Source of the DNA: an uncultured Gammaproteobacteria bacterium
Lineage (GTDB): Bacteria > Patescibacteriota > Patescibacteriia > UBA9934
DNA: 64,000 bases
Assembly: GCA_964452565.1 (NCBI GenBank)
Contig: CAYVLY010000001.1
Span: 579,053 to 643,052, forward strand
Direction of reading: 5' to 3'
Below the pieces are notes generated by a model. The model searched no databases, was not told the DNA's origin, and saw nothing but the letters and a program-made list of their open reading frames with translations. The position numbers and the translations under genes are program-made. Positions 48,091 through 57,897 of the stretch are shown piece after piece (within the stretch, counting starts at the first letter, position 1; every line of letters starts with the position of its first letter).

Positions 48091-48858
48091 ATGGGACACT
48101 ATGATCATTTGCTTGCTGGACTTGAGGCTTTTGGTCTGTCAAAAAAAGAGGCAGGGATATATCTTTGCATTCTCCAGACCGGCCCCGCAACTGTCTTGCA
48201 AATATCACGCAAAACACAGCTTGCACGTACAGCGCTTTACCCAACACTTGAAAACCTAGTCGCGCGCGGTGTTCTAAAATCAGGAAAGGAAAAGAAAAAA
48301 ACTGTATTCGCTGTTGAGCCACCAAAAGTACTCCGTAGAAAACTAAAGGAAAGGGAATTGGCATTTGACGATATTTCATCTGAACTCGGCGTTTTATACG
48401 ACCATGTTTCATCCAGCCCAGATATAGTCCTATACGAAGGTACTGACGGGTTCAAACGAATGTGGCAAAGAATCTACAACTCTGGTGTTGATGAATATCG
48501 GATGTTAACAAGCGCCACCGGAATGCTTGACTATGTAAAAACTCCCTATGTTATACAGAGCGTTATCGCACGTCGGATTAAGCTCGGGATTAAGAGCTTG
48601 CAACTACTACCGGAAAATCGGGAAACTCGAAAAATTGTTCAAGACGACACAAAACAGCTGCGCGAATCACGCTTCCTACCGCCCGACACAAAGATCCCGG
48701 CAACAGTTATACAGTTCGGTAGTGAGGTTGCATTTATGACCACCAGACGTGAGAACGCAATGATCATTATGGCAAGTGGTGATGTAGCGCATACCTTCAA
48801 AGCGATGTTTGACATTATCTGGAAATGCGCAAAAAATCCTTATAAATCAACCAACTAA
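48091..48858 (+). CDS. TrmB-family transcriptional regulator
   Basis: N-terminal wHTH LGLSKKEAGIYLCILQTGPATVLQISRKTQLARTALYPTLENLVARGVL. Confidence 0.55.
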   Translation: MGHYDHLLAGLEAFGLSKKEAGIYLCILQTGPATVLQISRKTQLARTALYPTLENLVARGVLKSGKEKKKTVFAVEPPKVLRRKLKERELAFDDISSELGVLYDHVSSSPDIVLYEGTDGFKRMWQRIYNSGVDEYRMLTSATGMLDYVKTPYVIQSVIARRIKLGIKSLQLLPENRETRKIVQDDTKQLRESRFLPPDTKIPATVIQFGSEVAFMTTRRENAMIIMASGDVAHTFKAMFDIIWKCAKNPYKSTN

Positions 48859-49175
48859 AACGAGCCCGCAGCGAAGTGCGGACTCTACCGATCGAGCACA
48901 AGGGCTCACGCGGAGCAATCACAGCTGAGAGAGGATCGTTTTCGTAAAGGAGAAGATGATACGATCCTACTGTGTTCACTCCTGAGTCACCAAGGTGGGT
49001 CATGGCGATCACTAACAGGGCTCTGGAGAAGATGGCTTGAACTCTTTACCTGACGTGATCAGACCCGAGTTCTCATGGTCACCTCCTTTCTACCTGACTA
49101 CTTTATGTATAGCAAAACCGCCACTAAGTGTCTATAGCAGCCAAAAACCACTTTATTGAGTTATAATATATCCAT

Positions 49176-49406
49176 ATGGAATACACACAGAAATCACTAG
49201 AGCAGTACTTTGAAGAGTTTGGCGTCAAAGATGCCGATGCAAAGGCAAAGCTCTTACCGCTCATCACAGACCTTATCTATGACCGCAATATGCATGTTGT
49301 GGGCCTAGAGAAGTTTAAAGATGACGAATACAAGCACAAACAACTTGAAGAGGGGATCGCTGACTTGGAGGACGTAATTAAGAGACAATTCGAAAGCGCC
49401 AATTAA
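49176..49406 (+). CDS. Small hypothetical protein (76 aa)
   Basis: ORF immediately upstream of gpmI; acidic/helical composition. Confidence 0.3.
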   Translation: MEYTQKSLEQYFEEFGVKDADAKAKLLPLITDLIYDRNMHVVGLEKFKDDEYKHKQLEEGIADLEDVIKRQFESAN

Positions 49407-49413
49407 CGCCAAT

Positions 49414-50982
49414 ATGAAACCAACAGCACTTATTATCTTGGACGGCTTTGGGATTGCCCCGCCTTCTGATCCAAACGCGATCTGGACTGCACAAACCCCA
49501 TTCATCGATTCATTGATCAACACTTACCCAACACACCTCTTGCATGCCTCTGGAATCGAAGTTGGACTACCAAAAGGTGAAGTAGGAAACTCAGAGGTTG
49601 GTCACATAACTATTGGATCTGGTGTTTTGCGCTATCAAAGCTTGCCGCGAATTGATAAGGCAATTGAAACCGGGGCCTTCTTTGATGATCTAAAGCTCGC
49701 AGCCGTAAAAGACCACCTCAAATTAACAAAAGGAAAGCTTCATGTCATCGGATTGATCGGAAATGGAGGCGTACACTCACACCAACGCCACCTTGAAACA
49801 CTTCTTGAATGGTCTCATAAAAACAAGCTTCACAAAGACACATTCATTCACGCCTTCTTGGATGGTCGAGACACGCAAAAGGATCTTGGAGCGCAGTTTA
49901 TGCAAGAGCTTGTTGAAACTTGCGGCAAGCAAAAGATTGCAGGAGTCGCCTCTGTGTGTGGTCGTAAGCTTGCAATGGACAGAAACAACAATTGGGATCG
50001 GATTGAGCGCGCTTACAACACAATCGCACTTGGATCTGCCGGTCTAGTTCATCAAAATCCAGTTGAAGCCATTCAATACGCATACACCCAAGAGCAATAT
50101 GACGAAGAGTTTGAGCCAGTTGTTATCACTGACAAAAAGGGAACTCCGATCGCAACTTTCGCCGACGGCGATGCAGTAATCTTCTTTAACTTCCGCGCAG
50201 ACCGCGCCCGGCAGCTCACCGAGGCAATGGTTAACCAAGCTTTTGATAAGTTCGAACGCGCGCTTGTGCCAAACATGCATGTTCTGACGTTTACAGAGTA
50301 TGAAAAAGACCTTCCGGTTAATGTTCTTTTCGAGCCAGAGCTGATCACAAACCCAATCGCCAAGGTTGTGTCCGACGCTGGACTCAAACAATTACACATT
50401 GCAGAGACAGAAAAGTATGCGCACGTGACTTTCTTCATGAACGGAATGATTGAAGAGCCTTTTCCGGGAGAAGATCGCGAGCTCATCCCATCGCCATCAG
50501 TCGCGAGTTATGATGAAAAGCCAGAAATGTCCGCTCCAGAACTAACTGCAAAGATCATTGAGTCACTCGATGCACAACAGCACCACTTCTACATCATAAA
50601 CTTTGCAAATCCAGACATGGTTGGTCACACCGGAAACCTAGGGGCGTCACGAAAGGCGGTTGAAGCAGCGGACAGTGCGCTAAAACAGGTAGTTGAGAAA
50701 ATCATAGAGCTTGGCGGGCAGGTATTCATAGTGGGGGATCACGGAAACGCTGAGGAGCTTCTTCATCCGGTGACCGGAAAAGTAGACAAGGAGCATAACA
50801 ACTACCCAGTGCCGTTTATCATGGTATCTGACGCGCTCAAAGACCAACGAAATACAGAGGTCACACACGAGAATCTACATTTGAAAGCACCGATCGGCAT
50901 CCTGGCGGACGTAGCACCAACTATCTTGCAGGCCGCAGAGCTCCCAATTCCTCCAGAGATGACAGGGACACCGCTAATCTGA
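49414..50982 (+). CDS. gpmI: 2,3-bisphosphoglycerate-independent phosphoglycerate mutase
   Basis: MKPTALIILDGFGIAP...GNSEVGHITIGSG... ; iPGM length and motifs. Confidence 0.9.
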   Translation: MKPTALIILDGFGIAPPSDPNAIWTAQTPFIDSLINTYPTHLLHASGIEVGLPKGEVGNSEVGHITIGSGVLRYQSLPRIDKAIETGAFFDDLKLAAVKDHLKLTKGKLHVIGLIGNGGVHSHQRHLETLLEWSHKNKLHKDTFIHAFLDGRDTQKDLGAQFMQELVETCGKQKIAGVASVCGRKLAMDRNNNWDRIERAYNTIALGSAGLVHQNPVEAIQYAYTQEQYDEEFEPVVITDKKGTPIATFADGDAVIFFNFRADRARQLTEAMVNQAFDKFERALVPNMHVLTFTEYEKDLPVNVLFEPELITNPIAKVVSDAGLKQLHIAETEKYAHVTFFMNGMIEEPFPGEDRELIPSPSVASYDEKPEMSAPELTAKIIESLDAQQHHFYIINFANPDMVGHTGNLGASRKAVEAADSALKQVVEKIIELGGQVFIVGDHGNAEELLHPVTGKVDKEHNNYPVPFIMVSDALKDQRNTEVTHENLHLKAPIGILADVAPTILQAAELPIPPEMTGTPLI

Positions 50983-50987
50983 TCAAT

Positions 50988-51254
50988 ATGAGCAGCTTCA
51001 AGCAGCAATTCAAAAAGAAAATGAAAAAGCAAAAGGCAAAGCAGCAAAGCATTGCCTCAGGAAAGGCTTCAAAGCAAGAAGCTCAAGCACACAATAGACA
51101 AATTGGCCTGGCAGGCTTTAGCATGGGTATCATATTTGCGATCGGCACCCTGGCAGGATTCATCATGACCGGCAGAATACTCATCGTGACCACCGCGATA
51201 GCGCTCGGCGGCATAGGGCTGGGGCTCTACATGCTCATTACCGGACGACAATAA
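50988..51254 (+). CDS. Small membrane protein (hypothetical)
   Basis: Lys-rich N-terminus and two hydrophobic helices; terminator follows. Confidence 0.4.
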   Translation: MSSFKQQFKKKMKKQKAKQQSIASGKASKQEAQAHNRQIGLAGFSMGIIFAIGTLAGFIMTGRILIVTTAIALGGIGLGLYMLITGRQ

Positions 51255-51267
51255 AAAAACAAACAAA

Positions 51268-51293
51268 AGAACCGCCTCTAGGGCGGTTTTTAG
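51268..51293 (+). terminator. Rho-independent terminator
   Basis: aaccgcc-tcta-gggcggtt, then TTTT. Confidence 0.55.
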
Positions 51294-51482
51294 TTACGCA
51301 ATTCAGGCACCTGCCTCCCCATACAGCTCAAGGCAACCCAACTTACATCTATATAACGGTGTTGTTGTAGGACCATCTACCACACCAATCTCTTGACTTT
51401 TCCCTTTTAATGCAGTATTTTTTGTTATTAAGAACCTCTTTTGTGCATTTTATTTCTACAAATTAGTTGCTAACTATAATAT

Positions 51483-52262
51483 ATGACCGAGCTTACAAGT
51501 ATTAAGTCATCGTTGGAAAACCTGCGCGTAAGCCAAAACGCAATCACATTTTTCCTTGCGAGCTATACGCTTGGACGTTCTTCAATAGGGCAAATAGCAA
51601 AAGCTACAAAGATGGACCGTTCATCCGCCTATGCTGCTTATCAGCAACTTCAGGAACTGGGACTCATGGACGAGGAAGAAAGGGGTAACCGAAAAGTTAT
51701 TTGGACACGTGAGCCAAAAGCAATCATTGCCAGGCTGCGAACAGAAATTCGACGTATGCGTCGACAGGTTGAGGCTATTGAAGAATCAATGCCAGAGCTC
51801 CTGGCTCAGTATGGAAGCCACGATGATCGTCCAGTACTTCAAGCCTTTACTGGCGTTGAAGGGCTTCACCAAATCATGGAGGACATTCTTTCAAACTCTG
51901 GTTTCGAGCTACTTCTAATGTCCAACTTTGAGGAAGAAGATCGTGTGTTTTCAAGAAAGGATCATGACGCTTTCATAAAGCGCCGCATTACACAAGACAT
52001 AAACCTTCGTCTGATAGCAACAGACTCCTCTAGGGCCCGTGACATTCAAGAGGCTGACAAATCAAGCAAACGAGAAACACGCATTGTTAAAGGCAATGCC
52101 CCGTTTAAAAATGAGACTTACATCTACGGCGACAAAATCGCGATGCTCTCCTTTAACGAAAGGACGGGAATCATTGGATTCATTGTGCGGTCGAAAGAGT
52201 TTGCAAATGCGCAGCGCTGGATGTTCGAACAAATCTGGCAGCAGATGACGGAAAATTCATAA
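51483..52262 (+). CDS. TrmB-like HTH transcriptional regulator (second copy)
   Basis: N-terminal HTH-like ITFFLASYTLGRSSIGQIAKATKMDRSSAYAAYQQLQELGLM and a C-terminal sensor-like domain. Confidence 0.45.
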   Translation: MTELTSIKSSLENLRVSQNAITFFLASYTLGRSSIGQIAKATKMDRSSAYAAYQQLQELGLMDEEERGNRKVIWTREPKAIIARLRTEIRRMRRQVEAIEESMPELLAQYGSHDDRPVLQAFTGVEGLHQIMEDILSNSGFELLLMSNFEEEDRVFSRKDHDAFIKRRITQDINLRLIATDSSRARDIQEADKSSKRETRIVKGNAPFKNETYIYGDKIAMLSFNERTGIIGFIVRSKEFANAQRWMFEQIWQQMTENS

Positions 52263-52302
52263 AACTTGATGGCTATCGTTTGTCGCCATCAAGCACACCC
52301 AC

Positions 52303-53052
52303 ATGCAAATCATTGTTGGCGACATCGATACCGAATACAAAAATTCCGGCTCTGGGCCGGTCGTGTTATTGCTCCATGGTTGGGGCGGTGATGCGTTTTC
52401 TTTTAATCCTCTAGCAAGTGAGTTAAGGGGTAAACGACTCGTTTCACTTTCATTTCCAGGATTCGGCAGCAGTCAAAACCCACCTATTCCCTGGGGGGTG
52501 ACCGACTACGCACAGTTCCTTCAGGCTTTTCTTGAAAAGCTAAACATCTCTGAAATCGATACTGTCATCGCTCACTCATTTGGTGGAAGGGTAGCCATAA
52601 AGGCGATCGCAACAGAGCTATTGCTCCCAAAGAAACTCATACTCATCGGTGCCGCCGGAGTTTCTCAAAAAGCTTTTTCTCAACATTGCATGTCTGCTGT
52701 GATCAGACTTGGAAAAAAGCTAGTAGCCGCTATACCACTAACATCTATTCGGGGACGATTAAAAAACCTTGCAAGGCACAGGTTGGGAAGCGAGGACTAC
52801 CGCAGCGCTGGTGGCTTACAGGAAACGTTTGTAAAGGTTGTAAACGAGGATTTGGAAGGTGACGCAAGAAATATCAAAACTCCGTCGCTCCTGATTTGGG
52901 GAGATCAAGATGAACAAGTACCTCTTTCTGACGCAAGAATGCTTCAAGGCCATATTCAAAATTCCCAGCTGCAAATCATTAAAGATGGTGGCCATTTTGT
53001 ATTTGCAACTGACACCAAACGCGTGGCCGGTCTTATAAACGCTTTTATATGA
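52303..53052 (+). CDS. Alpha/beta-fold hydrolase
   Basis: HGWGG oxyanion region, nucleophile elbow AHSFGG, and C-terminal ...DGGHF. Confidence 0.7.
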   Translation: MQIIVGDIDTEYKNSGSGPVVLLLHGWGGDAFSFNPLASELRGKRLVSLSFPGFGSSQNPPIPWGVTDYAQFLQAFLEKLNISEIDTVIAHSFGGRVAIKAIATELLLPKKLILIGAAGVSQKAFSQHCMSAVIRLGKKLVAAIPLTSIRGRLKNLARHRLGSEDYRSAGGLQETFVKVVNEDLEGDARNIKTPSLLIWGDQDEQVPLSDARMLQGHIQNSQLQIIKDGGHFVFATDTKRVAGLINAFI

Positions 53053-54479
53053 TGATGCGGATTCTCTCAACATTTCATCCTAGATACGCTCGCTCTCTGA
53101 TATACATGCTTCAAGCTAGTGAGTACAAAGTGCAGGGCTACTTGGCATGGCTCCATAAGGTCAAAGATTTTCGTGCCGTAGAAAGGCGCAAGCAGATAAG
53201 GTGGTCTGTAAAAACTGTCGCGCTTCTTCTTATTAGCTGGGTGCTTTTGATCGGTATTGCACTATCTGGCCTTTGGATCATATTTGCCACCAGCCAACCC
53301 TACCTGCACGTACTAGGCATGGCGATTGTACTTCTTTCACCCGCACTGCTCAGCTATATCGTCCTTGCGCCTCTGATGATTATTCAGTTACTTATACAAA
53401 AGCCTGTCGAATCTGTAATCATTCATCTGGCAAAGAAAAAACTCTCCAGACATAGTGGGATCAAAATCACCATTGCTGGAAGTTTTGGCAAGACCTCAAT
53501 GCGAGAGATTTTGAGAACAGTTCTATCGGAAGACAACAAGGTCGCGGCCCCACCGCACAGCTACAACACACCACTGGGCATTAGCAAATTCATCAATACG
53601 CTCCAAGGAGACGAAGAAGTGCTAATCTTTGAACTTGGAGAATACCGCCCCGGCGATGTTAAACAGCTATGTAAAATGATCTGTCCTGATATTGGGGTAA
53701 TCACGGGCATAAACGAAGCACATCTTACAAAATTCAAGACAATTGAAAGAACGGTGAGGGCCATCTACGAACTTGCCGACTTCCTTGCTGATAAACCTGT
53801 ATACGTGAACGGCGAAAGCGCTTTGGCACGCGACAATGCACGCCCCGGTCACATGATATATAGCCGTGAAGGTATTAATGATTGGCGTATTGAGGATACG
53901 CGCTCCGGACTTTCTGGGACCTCTTTCATTATGGATAAAAGTGGCATACCAATGAAAATACATGCTTCGCTCTTAGGTCTGCATCAGGTGGGCCCCATCG
54001 CCCTCTCTGTTGACCTTGCAAGAAGCCTGGGATTAACACCCGGCCAAATCCGTGAGGGAACATCAAAGATAAAACCATTCGAACATCGCCTAGCAAAAAG
54101 CGTTGATATAAACGGCGTCTCGATACTCGACGATAGCTATAACGGAAATCCAGATGGCGTGAAAGCGGTTATTGCATTCTTGGCATCGTTAAAAGGGCGG
54201 CGATTCTATGTAACACCGGGCCTGGTCGAGATGGGCTACAAGACGAAAGAGATACATCGTGAAATCGGAAGAAAGTTGGCAAGAGCACGAATTGAGAAAG
54301 TGGTGCTCATTAAGAACTCTGTTACTCCATTCATAGAAGAGGGATTGCGCGATGGGGAGTACAGCGGAGAGATTATATGGTTCGAAGATGCCCCAAAGGC
54401 TTTTGCTGCATTACCACGTATGACAATCAAGGGCGACATTGTGCTCTTGCAAAACGACTGGCCAGATCAATATATCTAA
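53049..54479 (+). CDS. murF: UDP-N-acetylmuramoyl-tripeptide--D-alanyl-D-alanine ligase (Mur ligase) with an unusual N-terminal 2-TM extension
   Basis: P-loop IAGSFGKTS and the MurF-type motif LDDSYNGNPDG; a murF-ddl arrangement. Confidence 0.7.
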   Translation: MMMRILSTFHPRYARSLIYMLQASEYKVQGYLAWLHKVKDFRAVERRKQIRWSVKTVALLLISWVLLIGIALSGLWIIFATSQPYLHVLGMAIVLLSPALLSYIVLAPLMIIQLLIQKPVESVIIHLAKKKLSRHSGIKITIAGSFGKTSMREILRTVLSEDNKVAAPPHSYNTPLGISKFINTLQGDEEVLIFELGEYRPGDVKQLCKMICPDIGVITGINEAHLTKFKTIERTVRAIYELADFLADKPVYVNGESALARDNARPGHMIYSREGINDWRIEDTRSGLSGTSFIMDKSGIPMKIHASLLGLHQVGPIALSVDLARSLGLTPGQIREGTSKIKPFEHRLAKSVDINGVSILDDSYNGNPDGVKAVIAFLASLKGRRFYVTPGLVEMGYKTKEIHREIGRKLARARIEKVVLIKNSVTPFIEEGLRDGEYSGEIIWFEDAPKAFAALPRMTIKGDIVLLQNDWPDQYI

Positions 54480-54490
54480 TGTCATTAATT

Positions 54491-55642
54491 ATGAAAAACA
54501 AAAAAACAATTGCAGTTATTTTTGGTGGAAAGAGTGCAGAGCACGACGTTTCGATCATCACCGCGCATACGCCAATAATTGATACGCTTCTGGTGTTAGA
54601 TGAGTACGAGGTGATTCCTATCTACATCAGCAAAGAAGGGCTTTGGTATTCGGACGGAGAGATGAACAGTCTTGAGTACTTCAGCAGGGGCGATATTCAG
54701 GATAAGTTAAAGAAACTGAAACCACTTAAGCTGTCACTTGGGAATGGATTATCAATAACCACTTCTGGCATGCTCGCAAAACAAATCGATATTGATTTAG
54801 TTTTTCCGGCCATGCACGGCACATATGGAGAGGACGGTAGCCTAATGGGCATACTACGCATGGCAAATGTGCCCTTTGTTGGATGTGACCTAGCAGCCTC
54901 TGCTGTTGCCATGGACAAGGTTTTAACAAAACAGATCGTGTCTGAAACTCAGCTGCCAATCGTGCGCTATGATTGGCTGGAACGAGATGAGTGGAAGAAA
55001 AGTAGGAAAAACTTTATTAAACGCGCCAACGCGCTGCAATGGCCACTTTTTGTTAAACCTGCACACCTCGGGTCTTCTATTGCAATTACAAAAGTTAAAA
55101 ATCAGACGGAACTAGAACGGGCACTCGAAGTTGCGTTTCACTATGACGATAAAGTACTTGTTGAGGAAAGTGTTGAGAACCTTATCGAGGTCACCCTTCC
55201 GATCATGGGAAACAATAACCTGACGAGCGCATCAATAGAACGCCCACTCAACAAAACAGAGTTTTTCAACTTCGAAGACAAATATCTGTCGGGGGACAAG
55301 AAGGGACTTGGTTCCGGGGTTAATAATTCTTACAGCGAGATTCCCGCAAGTATTTCTCCCGAGCTTTCCAAAGAAATCTTGGAACTGGGCAAAGAAGTGT
55401 ACACAATCATTGGATGCACCGGGATCGCTCGCGTGGACTTCCTGATCAATTCAAAAACAAACAAAGTGTTTGTAAATGAGGTAAATGCACTTCCCGGCAG
55501 TCTCTATCACCACAACTGGAAGGCTTCAGGCGTATCGAACATAGATCTCATACAAAAGCTAATCAATTTAGCCGAGGAGCGATTTGAAAGCGAACAAAAA
55601 ATAGTTCGGTCGTTTAAGTCTTCTTTGCTGCAAAATCTCTAA
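54491..55642 (+). CDS. ddl: D-alanine--D-alanine ligase
   Basis: MKNKKTIAVIFGGKSAEHDVSI..., ATP-grasp motifs (...ARVDFLINSKTNKVFVNEVNALPG). Confidence 0.9.
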   Translation: MKNKKTIAVIFGGKSAEHDVSIITAHTPIIDTLLVLDEYEVIPIYISKEGLWYSDGEMNSLEYFSRGDIQDKLKKLKPLKLSLGNGLSITTSGMLAKQIDIDLVFPAMHGTYGEDGSLMGILRMANVPFVGCDLAASAVAMDKVLTKQIVSETQLPIVRYDWLERDEWKKSRKNFIKRANALQWPLFVKPAHLGSSIAITKVKNQTELERALEVAFHYDDKVLVEESVENLIEVTLPIMGNNNLTSASIERPLNKTEFFNFEDKYLSGDKKGLGSGVNNSYSEIPASISPELSKEILELGKEVYTIIGCTGIARVDFLINSKTNKVFVNEVNALPGSLYHHNWKASGVSNIDLIQKLINLAEERFESEQKIVRSFKSSLLQNL

Positions 55643-55668
55643 CGCCGAAGATTGGGTAGGAGAGAAAA

Positions 55669-55703
55669 ACAAAAGAGCCGCCCATCCAGCAGCTCTTTTG
55701 TTT
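55669..55703. terminator. Bidirectional terminator between ddl and xth
   Basis: aaaagagc-13nt-gctctttt. Confidence 0.55.
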
Positions 55704-56487
55704 ATACCTTTGCGTCGAGTTTGATACCTACAGGGCAGTGGTCCGAGCCATATACATCCATCATCACCATTGCATCTTTGATCTTTGACTCCAAGCGCTT
55801 CTCGGCCCAGAAGTAATCAATGCGCCAGCCCACATTTCGCTCACGAGCCCGGGTTATCACATCCCACCATGAGTAAACGTCTTTCTTATTCGGATACTTG
55901 AATCGAAATGTATCGATATAACCCTTATCTTCGAGTTTATCAAGCCATTTGCGCTCCATTGGTAAAAACCCAGATCGCTTTTCATTTGGCTTGGGGCGCG
56001 CAATGTCAATCTCTCGATGTGCGGTGTTTAAATCCCCACAGAGAATTACTGGCTTTTGCTTATTATACTTATCCATCAAGGCGTACATCTTTTTGTAAAA
56101 ATCGATCTTATATTTCAAACGTGCCATATCACGCCCACCATTTGGAAAATACACATTAAAAAGAAAGAAATCAGGATGCTCTGTCATGATTACGCGACCC
56201 TCCTCATCCAACATCTTGTTGCCAAAGTGCGAAATCTCCATCAAGGGCCTTTCTCGAAGGAATGTTGCAACACCGCTATAACCCTTGCGCTCGGCGCTAT
56301 TCCAAATCCCCATATACCCTTTTGGATGAAGGATCTCGTGCGCGAGTTGATCGACTTGAGCTTTGGTCTCTTGGATGCAGACAACCTCGGGCTTGGTTTT
56401 CTTAAGCCAATCCAAGAACCCCTTTTTAGCCGCCGCTCGTACGCCATTCACGTTCCAAGAAACTAATGTGTTGTATTTTTTTGGCAT
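55702..56487 (-). CDS. xth: Exodeoxyribonuclease III
   Basis: LVSWNVNGVRAAAKKGFLDWL...VVCIQETK... ; C-terminal ...GSDHCPV. Confidence 0.9.
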   Translation of the reverse strand: MPKKYNTLVSWNVNGVRAAAKKGFLDWLKKTKPEVVCIQETKAQVDQLAHEILHPKGYMGIWNSAERKGYSGVATFLRERPLMEISHFGNKMLDEEGRVIMTEHPDFFLFNVYFPNGGRDMARLKYKIDFYKKMYALMDKYNKQKPVILCGDLNTAHREIDIARPKPNEKRSGFLPMERKWLDKLEDKGYIDTFRFKYPNKKDVYSWWDVITRARERNVGWRIDYFWAEKRLESKIKDAMVMMDVYGSDHCPVGIKLDAKV

Positions 56488-56488
56488 A

Positions 56489-56917
56489 TTATAATCTGTC
56501 TTTATAATCTTCTAAGAAAAAACCAAGTTGGGAGTGTTGTGGCTCAGGCAGAGCATCTAGAGTAAACCAGCCGAGCTCCTCGATCTTGTGTGGCTCTCCG
56601 ATTTGCACCTTGTCTGGGTTGATCTGAACCTTAAAGTCCAATGCAATCCAGTGGGTCTGACCCCCGTCATGCTCACGATGAACGTCTCGATGCCCCAGGA
56701 ACTCAATGTCTATTACGTCTGTACAAAACTCTTCCATAATCTCACGGCGAATATTGTCATGGACCTTGCATCCAAACTTAAGCCCTCCACCACCAATATC
56801 CCACATCCCAAACTCGTCACGACATTGGTTTGATCGTTTATGCATAAGCACATTCCCCTTTCCGTCATGACAATAAAACACCGTTGTGACTCCTACATAA
56901 TCCACGCCTTTCTTCAT
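56489..56917 (-). CDS. NUDIX hydrolase
   Basis: Nudix box GGGGLKFGCKVHDNIRREIMEEFC. Confidence 0.8.
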   Translation of the reverse strand: MKKGVDYVGVTTVFYCHDGKGNVLMHKRSNQCRDEFGMWDIGGGGLKFGCKVHDNIRREIMEEFCTDVIDIEFLGHRDVHREHDGGQTHWIALDFKVQINPDKVQIGEPHKIEELGWFTLDALPEPQHSQLGFFLEDYKDRL

Positions 56918-56960
56918 ATATAAGTATTGTACTGTAAAACTGAAATGGCGCCCACAGGCA

Positions 56961-56989
56961 TTGACTCTTTCTTAGTTTTGTGTCATTAT
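56961..56989 (+). promoter_or_regulatory. Sigma70-like promoter for the high-GC hypothetical gene
   Basis: TTGACT-17-CATTAT; AAGGAGA SD before the ATG at 57047. Confidence 0.4.
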
Positions 56990-57046
56990 TTGACGTTCCT
57001 GCAGGTTAGCAGGGCAAAAGCAGGGGCACAGCCCCGAAGGAGAGTC

Positions 57047-57478
57047 ATGTCTGGCATGACCACATGGCAGAAACGCGGCCTCGCCGAGGAGAACCCGGAC
57101 ACAACTGCATGCATCGTGTTCGTGACCCCCGAGGAAGCCGCGATCCTGCTGCTTGCAGATGGCGAGCGTCAGGGAATCGGCGTCGACAAGGTCAATCGCT
57201 ATGCGATGCAGACACTGCGCGAGCTCGAGCTGATCGAGAACATCGGTGCCCGTGCTGGCCGTACGGCCGTGCACCGGTTCACACCCAAGGCTGACACGTG
57301 GCTCCAGTTCCGCACGCGCGAATACGACGAGCAGTGGTTCGACATCGCTCAGGATGCTCCGCCCCGCAATGGCGAGTGGCGCCAAGAGCTCGAACAGATC
57401 GCTGGCCCGCGCGCCAAGCTGGCGCTCCAGAACTACGGCATGCAGCAGGCCGAGCTCCAGGCTCGCCGACGCAAGTAG
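57047..57478 (+). CDS. Hypothetical protein (144 aa; high-GC island)
   Basis: MSGMTTWQKRGLAEENPDTTACIVFV... ; the long antisense ORF on the minus strand is judged an artefact. Confidence 0.45.
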   Translation: MSGMTTWQKRGLAEENPDTTACIVFVTPEEAAILLLADGERQGIGVDKVNRYAMQTLRELELIENIGARAGRTAVHRFTPKADTWLQFRTREYDEQWFDIAQDAPPRNGEWRQELEQIAGPRAKLALQNYGMQQAELQARRRK

Positions 57479-57572
57479 CCATACCACAACAGCACGTGTG
57501 GCCCGGTCTCCTCGATCGCCTGCCACTCACCCGGCCGCAATCCCATGGATGCGGCTGGTTCTGTTTTATAAC

Positions 57573-57601
57573 CAAAAAACCTCCCGAAAGGGAGACTTTT
57601 T
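57573..57601. terminator. Bidirectional terminator (end of the tRNA operon and of the 57047 gene)
   Basis: A-tract, ctccc-gaaa-gggag, then T-tract. Confidence 0.55.
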
Positions 57602-57603
57602 GA

Positions 57604-57679
57604 TGGGGCGGCCAACGGGAATCGAACCCGTAATACTAGTACCACAAACTAGTGTGATAACCGTTTCACCATGGCCGCC
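57604..57679 (-). tRNA. tRNA-His (anticodon GTG) with encoded G-1 and CCA
   Basis: Manual fold: G(-1)-GCGGCCA-TG-GTGA-AACGGTTA-TCAC-A-CTAGT-TTGTGGT-ACTAG-TATT-ACGGG-TTCGATT-CCCGT-TGGCCGC-C-CCA. Confidence 0.85.
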
Positions 57680-57737
57680 GTATTATTAATGAAATTCACT
57701 TATGGCCGTGCCAGCCATAGCTCATTCGAGCGTCGGC

Positions 57738-57814
57738 TGGTGCCCCAGGCAGGACTCGAACCTGCAACCTTGTGGTTAGAACCCACCTGCTCTATCCAGT
57801 TGAGCTACCAGGGC
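57738..57814 (-). tRNA. tRNA-Arg (anticodon TCT), CCA encoded
   Basis: Manual fold: GCCCTGG-TA-GCTC-AACTGGATA-GAGC-A-GGTGG-GTTCTAA-CCACA-AGGTT-GCAGG-TTCGAGT-CCTGC-CTGGGGC-A-CCA. Confidence 0.85.
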
Positions 57815-57828
57815 AACATTGCGAAGAG

Positions 57829-57857
57829 AATATACACCATTTTCGAGAAAAAATCAA
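57829..57857 (-). promoter_or_regulatory. Promoter of the tRNA-Arg/tRNA-His operon
   Basis: On the minus strand: TTGATT-17nt-TATATT ending ~12 nt before the tRNA 5' end. Confidence 0.5.
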
Positions 57858-57897
57858 GGGGCAGGCCTATAACCCACCCCCACATCCTGTCTCAATT

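Noticed and set aside
56972-57526. 184-aa minus-strand ORF overlapping the 57047..57478 gene
   Set aside because: It is antisense to a plus-strand ORF that has a promoter and an AAGGAGA SD; it has antisense-type composition and would run into the tRNA terminator.
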